NCBI GenBank assembly: GCA_016180645.1
Contig: JACPAV010000019.1
Span: 14,560-78,559 of the forward strand
Direction of reading: 5' to 3'
DNA from: Nitrospirota bacterium
GTDB lineage: Bacteria; JACPQY01
Length of the DNA stretch: 64,000 nt
Shown: in pieces, positions 9,081 to 18,090 of the stretch
Position numbering within the stretch: position 1 is the stretch's first letter
Layout: each line of letters starts with the position of its first letter
Program-made: the position numbers and the translations under genes
Notes under the pieces: model-generated
Seen by the model: only the letters and a program-made list of their open reading frames with translations
Told to the model about the DNA's origin: nothing
Database searches by the model: none

Positions 9081-10469
9081 CTACAAAATATATCGCGAAA
9101 GATCCTTATCTTTGAGAATTTTCTGGACGCGATCGAGCACGTACTCAGCCGTGATCTCCACCGATGTTCCGGACAGGCTCGGCCCCTCGAAGGAGATCTG
9201 TTCGAGCACCTTTTCCAGAATCGTGTGCAGCCGACGCGCCCCGATATTCTCCGTCCCTTCGTTCACCTGCTGCGCGATGGCGGCGATCTGTTGAACGGCG
9301 TCGTCCCGGAAACTCAGATGCAGGCCTTCCGTTTCCATGAGGGCCACGTATTGCTTCACCAACGCATTCTCCGGCTCGACGAGGATCCTCTCGAAATCCT
9401 CCTTGCCCAGCGACGACAGTTCCACGCGGATCGGGAATCGCCCCTGGAGTTCGGGGATGAGGTCCGAGGGCTTGGTCGAATGGAAGGCGCCGGCCGCGAT
9501 GAAGAGGATGTGGTCGGTTCGAACCATCCCGTACTTCGTTGATATGGTCGAACCCTCCACGATGGGAAGAAGATCCCGTTGAACACCCTCTCTCGACACG
9601 TCCGGCCCGTGCCCTTGGTCCCGGCCCGCGATCTTGTCCAGCTCATCCACAAACAAAATCCCACTCTCCTCCACGCGACGCACAGCCTCCTTCGACACCC
9701 TCTCCTGATCCACCAGACGCTGGGCCTCTTCCGTTCGGAACATCTCCACCGCTTCGGCCACTTTCACTTTCCGGCGCCGCGATTTGCGCGTCAGGATGTT
9801 TCCAAACACGTCCTTCAGATTGAGATCCACCTCTTCCATCCCGCCCGGGGTGAACATCTCCACAATCGGCAGGGCGCGATCCGTCGCCTCCACGTCCACC
9901 ATCCGCTCGTCGAGCTTTCCATCGTGGAGCAGACGTCGCATCTTCTCCCGGCTGACCTCGTAGGTTTCCGCCGTTTCTTCGGGATCACCGTCCTTCTTGG
10001 CCTTGGCTTTCGGAGGCAGCAGGAGATCGAGCACGCGCTCCTCGGCGATCTTCACGGACTTTTCCCTCATGGCGGCGATCTCCCGCTCCATGAGACTTTT
10101 CACGGTCATCTCCGTCAGATCGCGCACCATCGATTCCACGTCCCGTCCCACATAGCCGACCTCGGTGTACTTCGTCGCCTCCACCTTGAGGAAGGGCGCG
10201 TCCGCCAGTTTCGCGAGCCGCCGCGCAATTTCCGTCTTGCCCACGCCCGTCGGTCCGATCATCAGGATGTTCTTCGGCGCCACTTCATCCCGCAGGGGAC
10301 CCCGCAACTGGCGACGGCGCCAGCGGTTCCGGAGCGCGATGGCGACCGCCCGCTTCGCGTCCTTCTGACCGATGATGTATTTGTCCAGTTCCGTCACGAT
10401 CTCCGACGGTGTGAGAGCCTCCTCCATCCGCCCCGGTGTTCGCGGCAGTTTCACAACAACGTCCGACAT
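9081..10469 (-). CDS. hslU: ATP-dependent protease ATPase subunit HslU
   Basis: [34 protein letters not shown] and the Walker A motif [17 protein letters not shown]. Start is trimmed to ATG 10469, which overlaps the hslV stop (ATGA). The track's 91-codon N-terminal extension is R/G-rich shadow. Confidence 0.93.
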   Translation of the reverse strand: MSDVVVKLPRTPGRMEEALTPSEIVTELDKYIIGQKDAKRAVAIALRNRWRRRQLRGPLRDEVAPKNILMIGPTGVGKTEIARRLAKLADAPFLKVEATKYTEVGYVGRDVESMVRDLTEMTVKSLMEREIAAMREKSVKIAEERVLDLLLPPKAKAKKDGDPEETAETYEVSREKMRRLLHDGKLDERMVDVEATDRALPIVEMFTPGGMEEVDLNLKDVFGNILTRKSRRRKVKVAEAVEMFRTEEAQRLVDQERVSKEAVRRVEESGILFVDELDKIAGRDQGHGPDVSREGVQRDLLPIVEGSTISTKYGMVRTDHILFIAAGAFHSTKPSDLIPELQGRFPIRVELSSLGKEDFERILVEPENALVKQYVALMETEGLHLSFRDDAVQQIAAIAQQVNEGTENIGARRLHTILEKVLEQISFEGPSLSGTSVEITAEYVLDRVQKILKDKDLSRYIL

Positions 10470-11023
10470 CAAAGCACCTCGATCTGAACCTGGTCGTTGG
10501 TGTAGATGCACATGTCGGCGGCAATTTTCATCGACTCGGCCACGATCTCCTTCGCCCCGAGAGCGGTATGGGCCAACAGGGCGCGCGCCGCGGCTCGAGC
10601 GAACGGCCCTCCCGATCCGATGGCGAGCACGCCGTCGTCCGGTTCGATCACGTCGCCCGTTCCGGAGATGATAAACGATCGCTCCTTGTCCGCCACGCTC
10701 AGGAGCGCGTCCAGACGCCGAAGCACCCGGTCCGTCCGCCAATCTTTTGCGAGTTCGACGGCGGCGCGCGTCAGATTGCCTCGGTACTCCTCGAGCTTGG
10801 CTTCAAACTTTTCGAACAGAGTGAACGCATCGGCCGTCGTGCCCGCGAAACCGGCGAGGACGCGGTCGTTGTACACTCGTCGAAGCTTCTTCGCGCCGTG
10901 CTTCATCACGGTCTGGCCCATCGTGACCTGTCCATCAGCGGCCATGGCCACCTGTCCGTTCCGGTGCACGCAGAGCACCGTGGTGTGTCGAAATCGCTGC
11001 ATCGCTGCGCGCGATTCTAGCAC
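10469..11023 (-). CDS. hslV: ATP-dependent protease subunit HslV
   Basis: [22 protein letters not shown]... is the Ntn-hydrolase N-terminus of HslV. An alternative start lies at 11002. Confidence 0.9.
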   Translation of the reverse strand: MLESRAAMQRFRHTTVLCVHRNGQVAMAADGQVTMGQTVMKHGAKKLRRVYNDRVLAGFAGTTADAFTLFEKFEAKLEEYRGNLTRAAVELAKDWRTDRVLRRLDALLSVADKERSFIISGTGDVIEPDDGVLAIGSGGPFARAAARALLAHTALGAKEIVAESMKIAADMCIYTNDQVQIEVL

Positions 11024-11064
11024 TACTGCGCCGCTTTTCTAGGGACTTCACTCCCACCGGGGAT

Positions 11065-11093
11065 TTGAAAAGCCCGATGCGCAGGTGTATGAG
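11065..11093 (+). promoter_or_regulatory. Candidate sigma70-type promoter for ilvD (TTGAAA-17 nt-TATGAG)
   Basis: TTGAAA at 11065-11070 and TATGAG at 11088-11093, with a 17-nt spacer. The ilvD ATG at 11105 would leave only a ~4-6 nt leader. Pattern match only. Confidence 0.3.
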
Positions 11094-11104
11094 TATTTCT
11101 CTCG

Positions 11105-12799
11105 ATGGGAAAGAAAACACCGAAACGCGCGCACGGACTCAAACACCGGAGCTGGATCGTGAGCGAAGGCCCGGAGCGGGCGCCGCATCGCGCGATGCTC
11201 CACGCCGTCGGCCTGACCGACGAAGACATTGCCAAACCGTTCGTCGCCGTGGCCAGCACCGGGAATGACGTCACCCCCTGCAATCTCCATTTGAACCGTC
11301 TGGTCTCCAAAGTCCGTGAGGGCATCACTTCGGGCGGCGGTACGCCCTTCGAGTTCACCACCATCGCGGTGAGCGACGCCATCTCGATGGGCCATGAAGG
11401 CATGAAGGCCTCGCTCGTCAGCCGCGAAATCATCGCCGATTCCATCGAACTCATGACCGTGGCCGAACGGTTTGACGCGCTGGTCACGATTGCCGGCTGC
11501 GACAAAAGCCTGCCCGGTTCGGTCATGGCGCTGGCGCGCCTCAACGTGCCCGGCGTGTTCATCTACGGTGGAACGATTCTGCCGGGAAGGATCAACGGCA
11601 AGGCCGTCACGGTCCAGGATGCCTTCGAGGCCGTCGGCGCGTATTCAAAAGGACAGATGACTCCCGAGGCGCTCAAGACCATCGAGCGTCTCTCGTGCCC
11701 CGGTCCCGGTTCCTGCGCGGGCATGTACACCGCCAACACGATGTCCTCCGCCGTGGAGGCGCTGGGCATGGCCCTCCCCGGCACGGCATCCATTCCCGCC
11801 GTGGATTCCCGCCGCGATCAAACTTCCTTCGAGGCCGGAGAGGCCGCCCTAAATCTGCTGAGGCTGAATATCCGTCCGCGCGACATTCTTACCCGCAAAG
11901 CGTTCGAGAACGCGATCGCCGTGGTGTCTGCGATAGGGGGATCGACCAATGCGGTGTTGCACCTTCTCGCCATCGCGCATGAGGCCGGAGTCAAACTCGC
12001 CATCGACGATTTCGATCGGGTCAGCCGCCGCACCCCGCATATCGCGGACATGCGGCCGGGCGGCCACTACGTCATGGCGGAACTCGACCATGTCGGCGGG
12101 ATTGCTCTCGTGATGAAGCTCCTCCTCGACGCCGGTGCGCTGCACGGCGATGTGTTGACGGTCACCGGGAGGACCGTCGCGGAAAATCTCAAGAATGTTC
12201 AGGCACGGCCGGACCGCACGATTGTTCGTTCACCCTCGTCCCCATTCAGCCCCGCCGGCACGCTGGTCATTCTCAAGGGGAACCTGGCGCCCGAAGGGGC
12301 CGTCATGAAGATCGCCGGCAAGAACTACGGCGTCATCACCGGTCCGGCGAAAGTCTTCGACCGGGAAGAGGATGCCTTCGACGCCATCTCGCATCAGCGG
12401 ATCAAAGCGGGCGACGTGATCGTCATTCGGTACGAGGGGCCGAAAGGCGGCCCCGGCATGCGCGAAATGCTCGCGGTCACGGCAGCACTCGTCGGTCAGG
12501 GCCTCGGCGACAAGGTCCTGCTGCTCACGGACGGCCGATTCTCCGGCGCCACCCATGGCCCGATGATCGGCCACGTGGCCCCCGAGGCCGCTCGGGGCGG
12601 ACCCATCGCCGCGGTCAAGAACGGCGATCGAATTACACTCGACCTCCCCCGCCGACGGCTCGATGTCGATCTCAGCGCCGCACAGTTGAAGAAGCGCCTC
12701 AAGACCTGGAAGCCTCGGCCCATTCCGTTCGCCTCCGGCGCGCTGGCCAAGTATTCCAGGCTCGTTTCCTCCGCCTCCCTCGGCGCCATCACCGGGTAG
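11105..12799 (+). CDS. ilvD: Dihydroxy-acid dehydratase
   Basis: [22 protein letters not shown]..., CDKSLPG, and [13 protein letters not shown] motifs of the IlvD/Edd family. 564 aa. Confidence 0.93.
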   Translation: MGKKTPKRAHGLKHRSWIVSEGPERAPHRAMLHAVGLTDEDIAKPFVAVASTGNDVTPCNLHLNRLVSKVREGITSGGGTPFEFTTIAVSDAISMGHEGMKASLVSREIIADSIELMTVAERFDALVTIAGCDKSLPGSVMALARLNVPGVFIYGGTILPGRINGKAVTVQDAFEAVGAYSKGQMTPEALKTIERLSCPGPGSCAGMYTANTMSSAVEALGMALPGTASIPAVDSRRDQTSFEAGEAALNLLRLNIRPRDILTRKAFENAIAVVSAIGGSTNAVLHLLAIAHEAGVKLAIDDFDRVSRRTPHIADMRPGGHYVMAELDHVGGIALVMKLLLDAGALHGDVLTVTGRTVAENLKNVQARPDRTIVRSPSSPFSPAGTLVILKGNLAPEGAVMKIAGKNYGVITGPAKVFDREEDAFDAISHQRIKAGDVIVIRYEGPKGGPGMREMLAVTAALVGQGLGDKVLLLTDGRFSGATHGPMIGHVAPEAARGGPIAAVKNGDRITLDLPRRRLDVDLSAAQLKKRLKTWKPRPIPFASGALAKYSRLVSSASLGAITG

Positions 12800-12911
12800 C
12801 GACCCCCTCGTGCCCCGAGCCGCACTTTCCGCATCATCGCGGACATCCCCTTGCCGAGGATGGCATGGGGCCATGATATGTCGCCGCGCCCAGGATGGCG
12901 CGGCATAGACC

Positions 12912-14063
12912 ATGGCCTGTCCGCCGACAAAGTCGAAAGTACGGCCGGCGTCACGCCGAGCCGCACGGGTCATCATCGCCGCGGGCGAGCACGACTCCGA
13001 TCTCTACTACGCCACCCGGTTCCTCACCCCCGACCCCTTCACCTTCATCGAAATCGACGGGCGCAAGACCATTCTCCTGAATGAACTCGAAGTCGATCGG
13101 GGAAAGAAGGAAGCCTCGGTGGATCAGGTGCTCTGCACCACCGAGCTGATTCGCAAGGGCGCGAAGGGATTTCTGGAACCTCTCGTCGCGTTCCTCAAGA
13201 GGGAACGGATTCGAAAGGTCGTGGTGCCCCACACTTTCCCCCACCTCCATGCCGTCCGCCTCGCTTCACGCGGATTCAATGTGAAACCCGACGAATCATC
13301 AACATTCTTCCCGACTCGACTCGTCAAGCGCCCCGATGAAATCGCCGCGATCCGGGAAACCCAGAAGGCCATGGAATCGGCGGTTCAGAAAGCCGTGGAT
13401 CTGCTTCGAGAGGCGCGGATCGAGGGCGATACAATCCGCCACGACGGGGAGGTCGTCACGTCGGAACTTCTGAACCGGATCATGGACCTTCACCTCCACG
13501 AAATCGGCTTCCTGGCCCAGCACACCATCGTAGCTTCAGGGCCCGATGCGTGCGATCCGCACTGCCGGGGCGCGGGGCCGATCCGACCGCATCAGGCCCT
13601 CGTCATCGATATTTTTCCCCGTTCAATCCGATCCCGGTACTACTCGGACATGACTAGAACATTTGTTAAAGGTCGTCCCTCTGAAGATTTGACACGATTA
13701 TATGATACTGTACTTGAAGGACAGAAAATGGGGCTCGCCGCCGTTCGTCACGGAGCCGGGGGGCGGAAAATTCATCAGTCCATCCAAGCCTACTTCAATT
13801 CGAGGGGTTACAAGACGGGCGTGATCGAGGGACGCATGCAGGGATTTTTCCACGGCACCGGACATGGTCTGGGCCTCGACATCCACGAGCCTCCGAGGCT
13901 TGCGAAAATAGGTCAGCGACTGGTTGAGAACCACGTTGTCACCGTGGAGCCCGGCCTCTACTACCCGAGGATCGGTGGCGTTCGCATCGAGGACACCGTC
14001 CTCGTCACCCGCGACGGCTGCGACAACTTCGCCACCTTCCCCAAGGACTTCCTCATCCCCTGA
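12912..14063 (+). CDS. M24-family Xaa-Pro aminopeptidase/dipeptidase
   Basis: Creatinase-like N-domain plus a pita-bread core: VIDIFPR..YYSDMTRTF (metal Asp residues), GHGLGLDIHE, VVTVEPG, RIEDTVLV. Confidence 0.85.
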   Translation: MACPPTKSKVRPASRRAARVIIAAGEHDSDLYYATRFLTPDPFTFIEIDGRKTILLNELEVDRGKKEASVDQVLCTTELIRKGAKGFLEPLVAFLKRERIRKVVVPHTFPHLHAVRLASRGFNVKPDESSTFFPTRLVKRPDEIAAIRETQKAMESAVQKAVDLLREARIEGDTIRHDGEVVTSELLNRIMDLHLHEIGFLAQHTIVASGPDACDPHCRGAGPIRPHQALVIDIFPRSIRSRYYSDMTRTFVKGRPSEDLTRLYDTVLEGQKMGLAAVRHGAGGRKIHQSIQAYFNSRGYKTGVIEGRMQGFFHGTGHGLGLDIHEPPRLAKIGQRLVENHVVTVEPGLYYPRIGGVRIEDTVLVTRDGCDNFATFPKDFLIP

Positions 14064-14123
14064 TGGGAGCAATGTCGCCGGTACGTATTCCCCTCGATTC
14101 GCCCGGTTGACAATCAGACGAAC

Positions 14124-14615
14124 ATGCGGAACCATGCCGTGACCGTGAGCAATTCAGCAAGAGTGAGGGTCTATCCGGTACGATCGACCAAGCAGTTGGA
14201 GGAACTGTTGGTCCGAACTCGATTGAACTTCTTCAAAGGCAAGGATGAGTTCTTGCTCCCATTCGACGACGGCAAGGGAGCGGTTATCCAAGTGTTTGTA
14301 CGCTACGCCAAGAAAACCAACGCCGTATATTGCTACACCCGGGATCTCGACCGCCTCAGGTCTGACGAGGACAGGGGAAATCCAAACCTTCTGAAACAGT
14401 ACAGGTGGCTGCTTCACAAGAATTACAATGCGGTAACGGGCACGTATGGACGCAAGGACGCTGATGGAGAGGTGGTCGCAAAATCCACGTTGCCGCTGGA
14501 TGGCGGCGGCATTTCGACCCGACAAATGAAGCGCCACCTTCTTGCGGTTGTCGCCAGAGCAGTGACCTACCTCCGCGAAAAGACGTCCGGAAAATGGAAT
14601 CCTCTCCCATCCTAG
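14124..14615 (+). CDS. Hypothetical protein (lower-GC island, gene A)
   Basis: 163-aa ORF with no recognisable motif. Spot GC counts of three 60-nt lines (14161-14340) give about 48-55 percent, versus about 58 percent and above in flanking genes. Confidence 0.4.
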   Translation: MRNHAVTVSNSARVRVYPVRSTKQLEELLVRTRLNFFKGKDEFLLPFDDGKGAVIQVFVRYAKKTNAVYCYTRDLDRLRSDEDRGNPNLLKQYRWLLHKNYNAVTGTYGRKDADGEVVAKSTLPLDGGGISTRQMKRHLLAVVARAVTYLREKTSGKWNPLPS

Positions 14616-15131
14616 GTGTCGGCTTCCCCCTCTCAACATAGCTTTGGCAGGTTGGCCCGCCGACGAGCATACTTCAAGGGCATCCGATACTGCTGTCATC
14701 ACTACTGGCAAATGAATGTACTAGGGCAGCCAGGCGTTTCGGTCAAGAAGGAAAGCTCCGGTGATGACGTCACACTGGAGGAGATCCTTGACCATGTCCA
14801 TAACGATGGCGAGAGCAGATTCACTTCAATCACGACATCCGGAAAAGTGGCAAGGGGCTACGCCCTTTGCGGAAAAGAATGGCATGGTGTGATCGTGACC
14901 GCACTGCCCGACTCTGGTTCGATCTTGGATCCGCTGCCTATTCTCAAGAAAGCCATCAAGAATCCAAACGTCGATCGCCGAACGCTTCTGAGGATAAAGG
15001 AAGCCATGGAAAAAGTCACAAAAGACAGGGAACTGTTCGTCAAAGACGGTCTCCTTCCCTCACAAATCATTTCAAGGAGGATTGTTGGATCTCGCGCCCA
15101 GCCTGCGCTAGAATGTGAGGGAAATGGATAA
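14616..15131 (+). CDS. Hypothetical protein (island gene B; alternative ATG at 14712)
   Basis: The GTG at 14616 abuts the stop of gene A. 171 aa (139 aa from ATG 14712). No recognisable domain. Confidence 0.35.
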   Translation: MSASPSQHSFGRLARRRAYFKGIRYCCHHYWQMNVLGQPGVSVKKESSGDDVTLEEILDHVHNDGESRFTSITTSGKVARGYALCGKEWHGVIVTALPDSGSILDPLPILKKAIKNPNVDRRTLLRIKEAMEKVTKDRELFVKDGLLPSQIISRRIVGSRAQPALECEGNG

Positions 15132-15651
15132 CTCGTCACATCGGAACCAAGATCTTGAGACATATTTCGATCTCATAGAGCGTCTGCAGCAAGGCACCTC
15201 GCGCCAAGATCGAATTGACGTAGCCCGGCATCTCGTTTCACTCCTGCGGTCGAGATCGATTTCGGTGAGAAGAAATGCCAAGTACAAACTGCGTGAGGTG
15301 TTCAGTCCACAAAAAGGTCTGCCGTCAAAGTGGAGTCCATGGGGACCTCCGCAAGAAGCTGAAATCGTGTGGTGGGAGAAGCACTTGCATTCAACAAATA
15401 GCGCCGGCGCCGTTGGCCGGAACGATGGGGTGGAGGCTCCGCCGATGAACAAACTGGATTTTCGGATTGATTCGACGGAGATCGGCCGCCCGGAGGGAAC
15501 CGAAGCACCTTACAAGAGGGCTGACATCAAGCCCAATCGGATGCCTGGGCTTCAGAAGTCTCGCATTCCTTCCACCGATTCGTTCGACAGGGAAACAATG
15601 GCCGTCAACACTTTCCACAATCGATTCCCCTCCGAAATGACTGCCGCCTGA
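15115..15651 (+). CDS. Hypothetical protein (island gene C)
   Basis: 178-aa ORF overlapping gene B by 17 nt. No recognisable domain. Confidence 0.35.
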   Translation: MREMDNSSHRNQDLETYFDLIERLQQGTSRQDRIDVARHLVSLLRSRSISVRRNAKYKLREVFSPQKGLPSKWSPWGPPQEAEIVWWEKHLHSTNSAGAVGRNDGVEAPPMNKLDFRIDSTEIGRPEGTEAPYKRADIKPNRMPGLQKSRIPSTDSFDRETMAVNTFHNRFPSEMTAA

Positions 15652-15733
15652 GAGCTGAGAGCGGCGAACGTTCCTACGCCGCGTCGTCCGCTTCAAAAGG
15701 CGGCGAGGACAACGGAAGGAATCCTCATCCAGG

Positions 15734-17173
15734 CTATGCGTCGTGATCCTTGATGCGGTCTTGGGCATAGAGGCTCCAGAGGCTTTTGGGCTCGGCCTCG
15801 GCGGCCTTCTCATACCACCCCTTCGCCGTCGTCCAATCCTTCTTCCGGGCGTACAGGTCGAGGAGCAACGCGAGGTTGTAGAGGGCCCTCGGGGAGGTGG
15901 AATTCTCCACGAGGCCTTTGTACTTTTGCGTCAGCGCTTCCACTTGGTCCGGCTTCGGCCTCTGGGCCGCATAGGCCGGTTCATCCAGAAGCAGATCCCA
16001 TCGCGGCCCGATATTCTGCTTGAACACGCGGTAGGTCGCGCCCGTCAGCGATTTGTTTCCCTTCGTCACCCCCGACATCCAGGTGATGTAGTCCGTGAGA
16101 AACCGCTCCGCAAACTCCTCGAAGGAATCGAACGAGATACTCTCCTGCTGGTAGAAGGTTTCCAGAGGACCCTTCAGCCGGGTCTTCCGCTTATCCCTCT
16201 GGATCTCGATCCGGAACTTCTGCTCCCGTGACCGGAGTTCCGCCAGGTCTTCCCGCGCCATGCGCCCCTCCTCGCGCCGGCGTTCCCGTTCCTGAGTGTC
16301 CACCTGATCGATGAAGGAACGAACCTCCTCCTCCTTGCGAACGGCCGCCATGGCCGTCACCACCGCAAACTCAATCGGCTTGGCCCCAACAATCGGAAGC
16401 ACGAGCGCTTCAATTTTTCGCTTCGTATAAAGTACGCCGCCGCGCTCTCCATCATACGGAGCCATCATCAGCGGAAGAGGCGCCTGTTTGAATCTCCGAT
16501 CGAACTGGATCAGCTCTCGATACGCATCAAGCGATTTTCGTCGCCCGGTCCATCTTCCATCCAGGAGTGCGCTGAAGAACATTCCGTCCGTGGCAGATCG
16601 AGCGGCCGCGCGCAGGGTCTCGAATCCATCCATCCAGTCCCGGGGCCGGTCCGGATGCCGGCGGGTATATTCCGCCCACTTCAAACACCAGTCGTGAACC
16701 AGGAATACCTCCGGTGGACCGTCTTTCAACTCGGACTTCAGCTCCGCCGCCACATCCTCCGGACTGAGGCCGGCAACCCAGCCGAAATCCATGAGGAGCT
16801 TCTCCTCCTCCTCGAAATCACCGCCCGCGCCGATCCGCTGGCGCGTTAAAGCCTTGAACGCATCCCACAGCTTGGTGCCGTTAAGGTAGAACCGCTGGCG
16901 CCGGTAGCGTTCGATTTCCGCGATCTTGTCTTCACGCGCATGGAGGAGTTTCTGGCGTGCCGGGTCCGGGCCGGTCTCCTTGCCGCCCAAGATGGATTTC
17001 AGCCCCGTCTGCGGCTTGGGCAGCGACTCCTCCTGGGCTTTCAGGCGGACCACTTCCGACTCCAACTTGTCGATTTTGGAGCCGAGGTCCTTGAAGGACG
17101 AGACGAATTCGTCGAGCGCGTCCTGAACGATTTCCAGACTCACGGAACCGTTGTTACCAGACCGTTCGATCAA
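15734..17173 (-). CDS. Hypothetical coiled-coil protein with TPR-like C-terminus (island gene D)
   Basis: 479-aa ORF. N-terminal coiled-coil-like stretch (KIDKLESEVVRLKAQEE), a charged central region, and a C-terminal helix pair (ALYNLALLLDLYARKKDWTTAKGWYEKAAEAEP). The + strand antisense ORFs are short. Confidence 0.55.
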   Translation of the reverse strand: MIERSGNNGSVSLEIVQDALDEFVSSFKDLGSKIDKLESEVVRLKAQEESLPKPQTGLKSILGGKETGPDPARQKLLHAREDKIAEIERYRRQRFYLNGTKLWDAFKALTRQRIGAGGDFEEEEKLLMDFGWVAGLSPEDVAAELKSELKDGPPEVFLVHDWCLKWAEYTRRHPDRPRDWMDGFETLRAAARSATDGMFFSALLDGRWTGRRKSLDAYRELIQFDRRFKQAPLPLMMAPYDGERGGVLYTKRKIEALVLPIVGAKPIEFAVVTAMAAVRKEEEVRSFIDQVDTQERERRREEGRMAREDLAELRSREQKFRIEIQRDKRKTRLKGPLETFYQQESISFDSFEEFAERFLTDYITWMSGVTKGNKSLTGATYRVFKQNIGPRWDLLLDEPAYAAQRPKPDQVEALTQKYKGLVENSTSPRALYNLALLLDLYARKKDWTTAKGWYEKAAEAEPKSLWSLYAQDRIKDHDA

Positions 17174-17329
17174 GTCAAGCCGGCCGGGGACGGCGCGGTC
17201 CTTGCCGCCTCACCATCCGACCCATGGACCATGCGACATGCGGTCCGTCCTGGACCGCTTCCTATCATGGTCCCATGCCATCCTGAGCATGGGATGGGCG
17301 GCAGCCGAACGGCAAGGGCCTCCCCAGTC

Positions 17330-17358
17330 TTGCAGTTCGTTCGGAGGGAGTGTATAAG
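17330..17358 (+). promoter_or_regulatory. Candidate sigma70-type promoter for rpmH (TTGCAG-17 nt-TATAAG)
   Basis: TTGCAG at 17330-17335 and TATAAG at 17353-17358. The rpmH GTG at 17368 lies about 10 nt after the -10, implying a near-leaderless mRNA. Pattern match only. Confidence 0.35.
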
Positions 17359-17367
17359 AGCTCGATT

Positions 17368-17517
17368 GTGAAAAGAACATTTCAGCCCCACAAGAAATCG
17401 CTCAAACGCACGAGCGGATTCTTGACGCGCATGAGCACCACCGGAGGCCGTCGGGTTCTCAAGCGGCGGCGGCAGAAGGGCCGGCATCGACTGACGGTTG
17501 AAATCTACCAAAAGTAG
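17368..17517 (+). CDS. rpmH: 50S ribosomal protein L34
   Basis: Hand translation from GTG 17368 gives [49 protein letters not shown]. This is the L34 signature, and it sits immediately upstream of rnpA as in most bacteria. It is not in the ORF track (under 60 aa). Confidence 0.9.
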   Translation: MKRTFQPHKKSLKRTSGFLTRMSTTGGRRVLKRRRQKGRHRLTVEIYQK

Positions 17518-17863
17518 CTCTCCCCATACCTTCTCCAAACGCTACCGGCTTTCTCTCCAGCGGGATTTTCGCCATGTCTTTCGAAACGGACGGCGGTTCG
17601 ATTCGGAATGGGCGGTGTTTCTGGCCTCTCCCAACGGTCTCGACCACGGGCGCCTGGGGATCGTGGTTCGACGCAGACTCGGCAATTCCGTGCGGAGGAA
17701 TCGCATGAAACGGCAAATTCGAGAATGGTTCAGGCACAGTGGAAAGGATCACCCATTGGATTGGGTGGTCATTCCAAAGCCCGGCCTCTCCGTGCTGGAG
17801 ACACCGCGCCGGATCCGTCTCGCCTTCGGGAAGCTGCTGGCTCCCCTCCTGAACGTGCCATGA
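17498..17863 (+). CDS. rnpA: Ribonuclease P protein component
   Basis: Basic 121-aa protein ([28 protein letters not shown] = the RNR motif region). Position is rpmH-rnpA-yidD-yidC. The TTG start overlaps the rpmH 3' end. Confidence 0.85.
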   Translation: MKSTKSSSPHTFSKRYRLSLQRDFRHVFRNGRRFDSEWAVFLASPNGLDHGRLGIVVRRRLGNSVRRNRMKRQIREWFRHSGKDHPLDWVVIPKPGLSVLETPRRIRLAFGKLLAPLLNVP

Positions 17864-18090
17864 GAACCATTCTTCTCGTGCTCATCGAAGCGTACCGAGC
17901 CGCGCTGTCGCCTTTTCTGGGCTCCGCCTGCCGCTTCTACCCCAGTTGTTCCCAATACGCGGGCGAGGCCATTCAAGAGTTCGGCGCCTGGAAGGGTGCC
18001 CGCCTCGCCATTCGCCGCGTCCTCCGATGCCATCCTTTTCACCCCGGCGGCTACGATCCGGTCCCCGATCAGGGAGCACCCCGTCCATGA
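17860..18090 (+). CDS. yidD: Membrane protein insertion efficiency factor YidD
   Basis: [35 protein letters not shown]...[14 protein letters not shown]. The ATG at 17860 overlaps the rnpA stop (ATGA). Confidence 0.9.
   Translation: MRTILLVLIEAYRAALSPFLGSACRFYPSCSQYAGEAIQEFGAWKGARLAIRRVLRCHPFHPGGYDPVPDQGAPRP

Noticed and set aside
14107-14112. Perfect TTGACA -35 hexamer upstream of island gene A
   Set aside because: No acceptable -10 hexamer lies at 16-18 nt spacing (AACCAT at best), and the annotated ATG lies inside the would-be promoter.
14760-14880. FTSITTS motif in island gene B as the STS motif of an R-S-E ADP-ribosyltransferase toxin
   Set aside because: I could not find a convincing upstream catalytic Arg context or a downstream (Q/E)xE motif. 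The resemblance rests on a single short motif.
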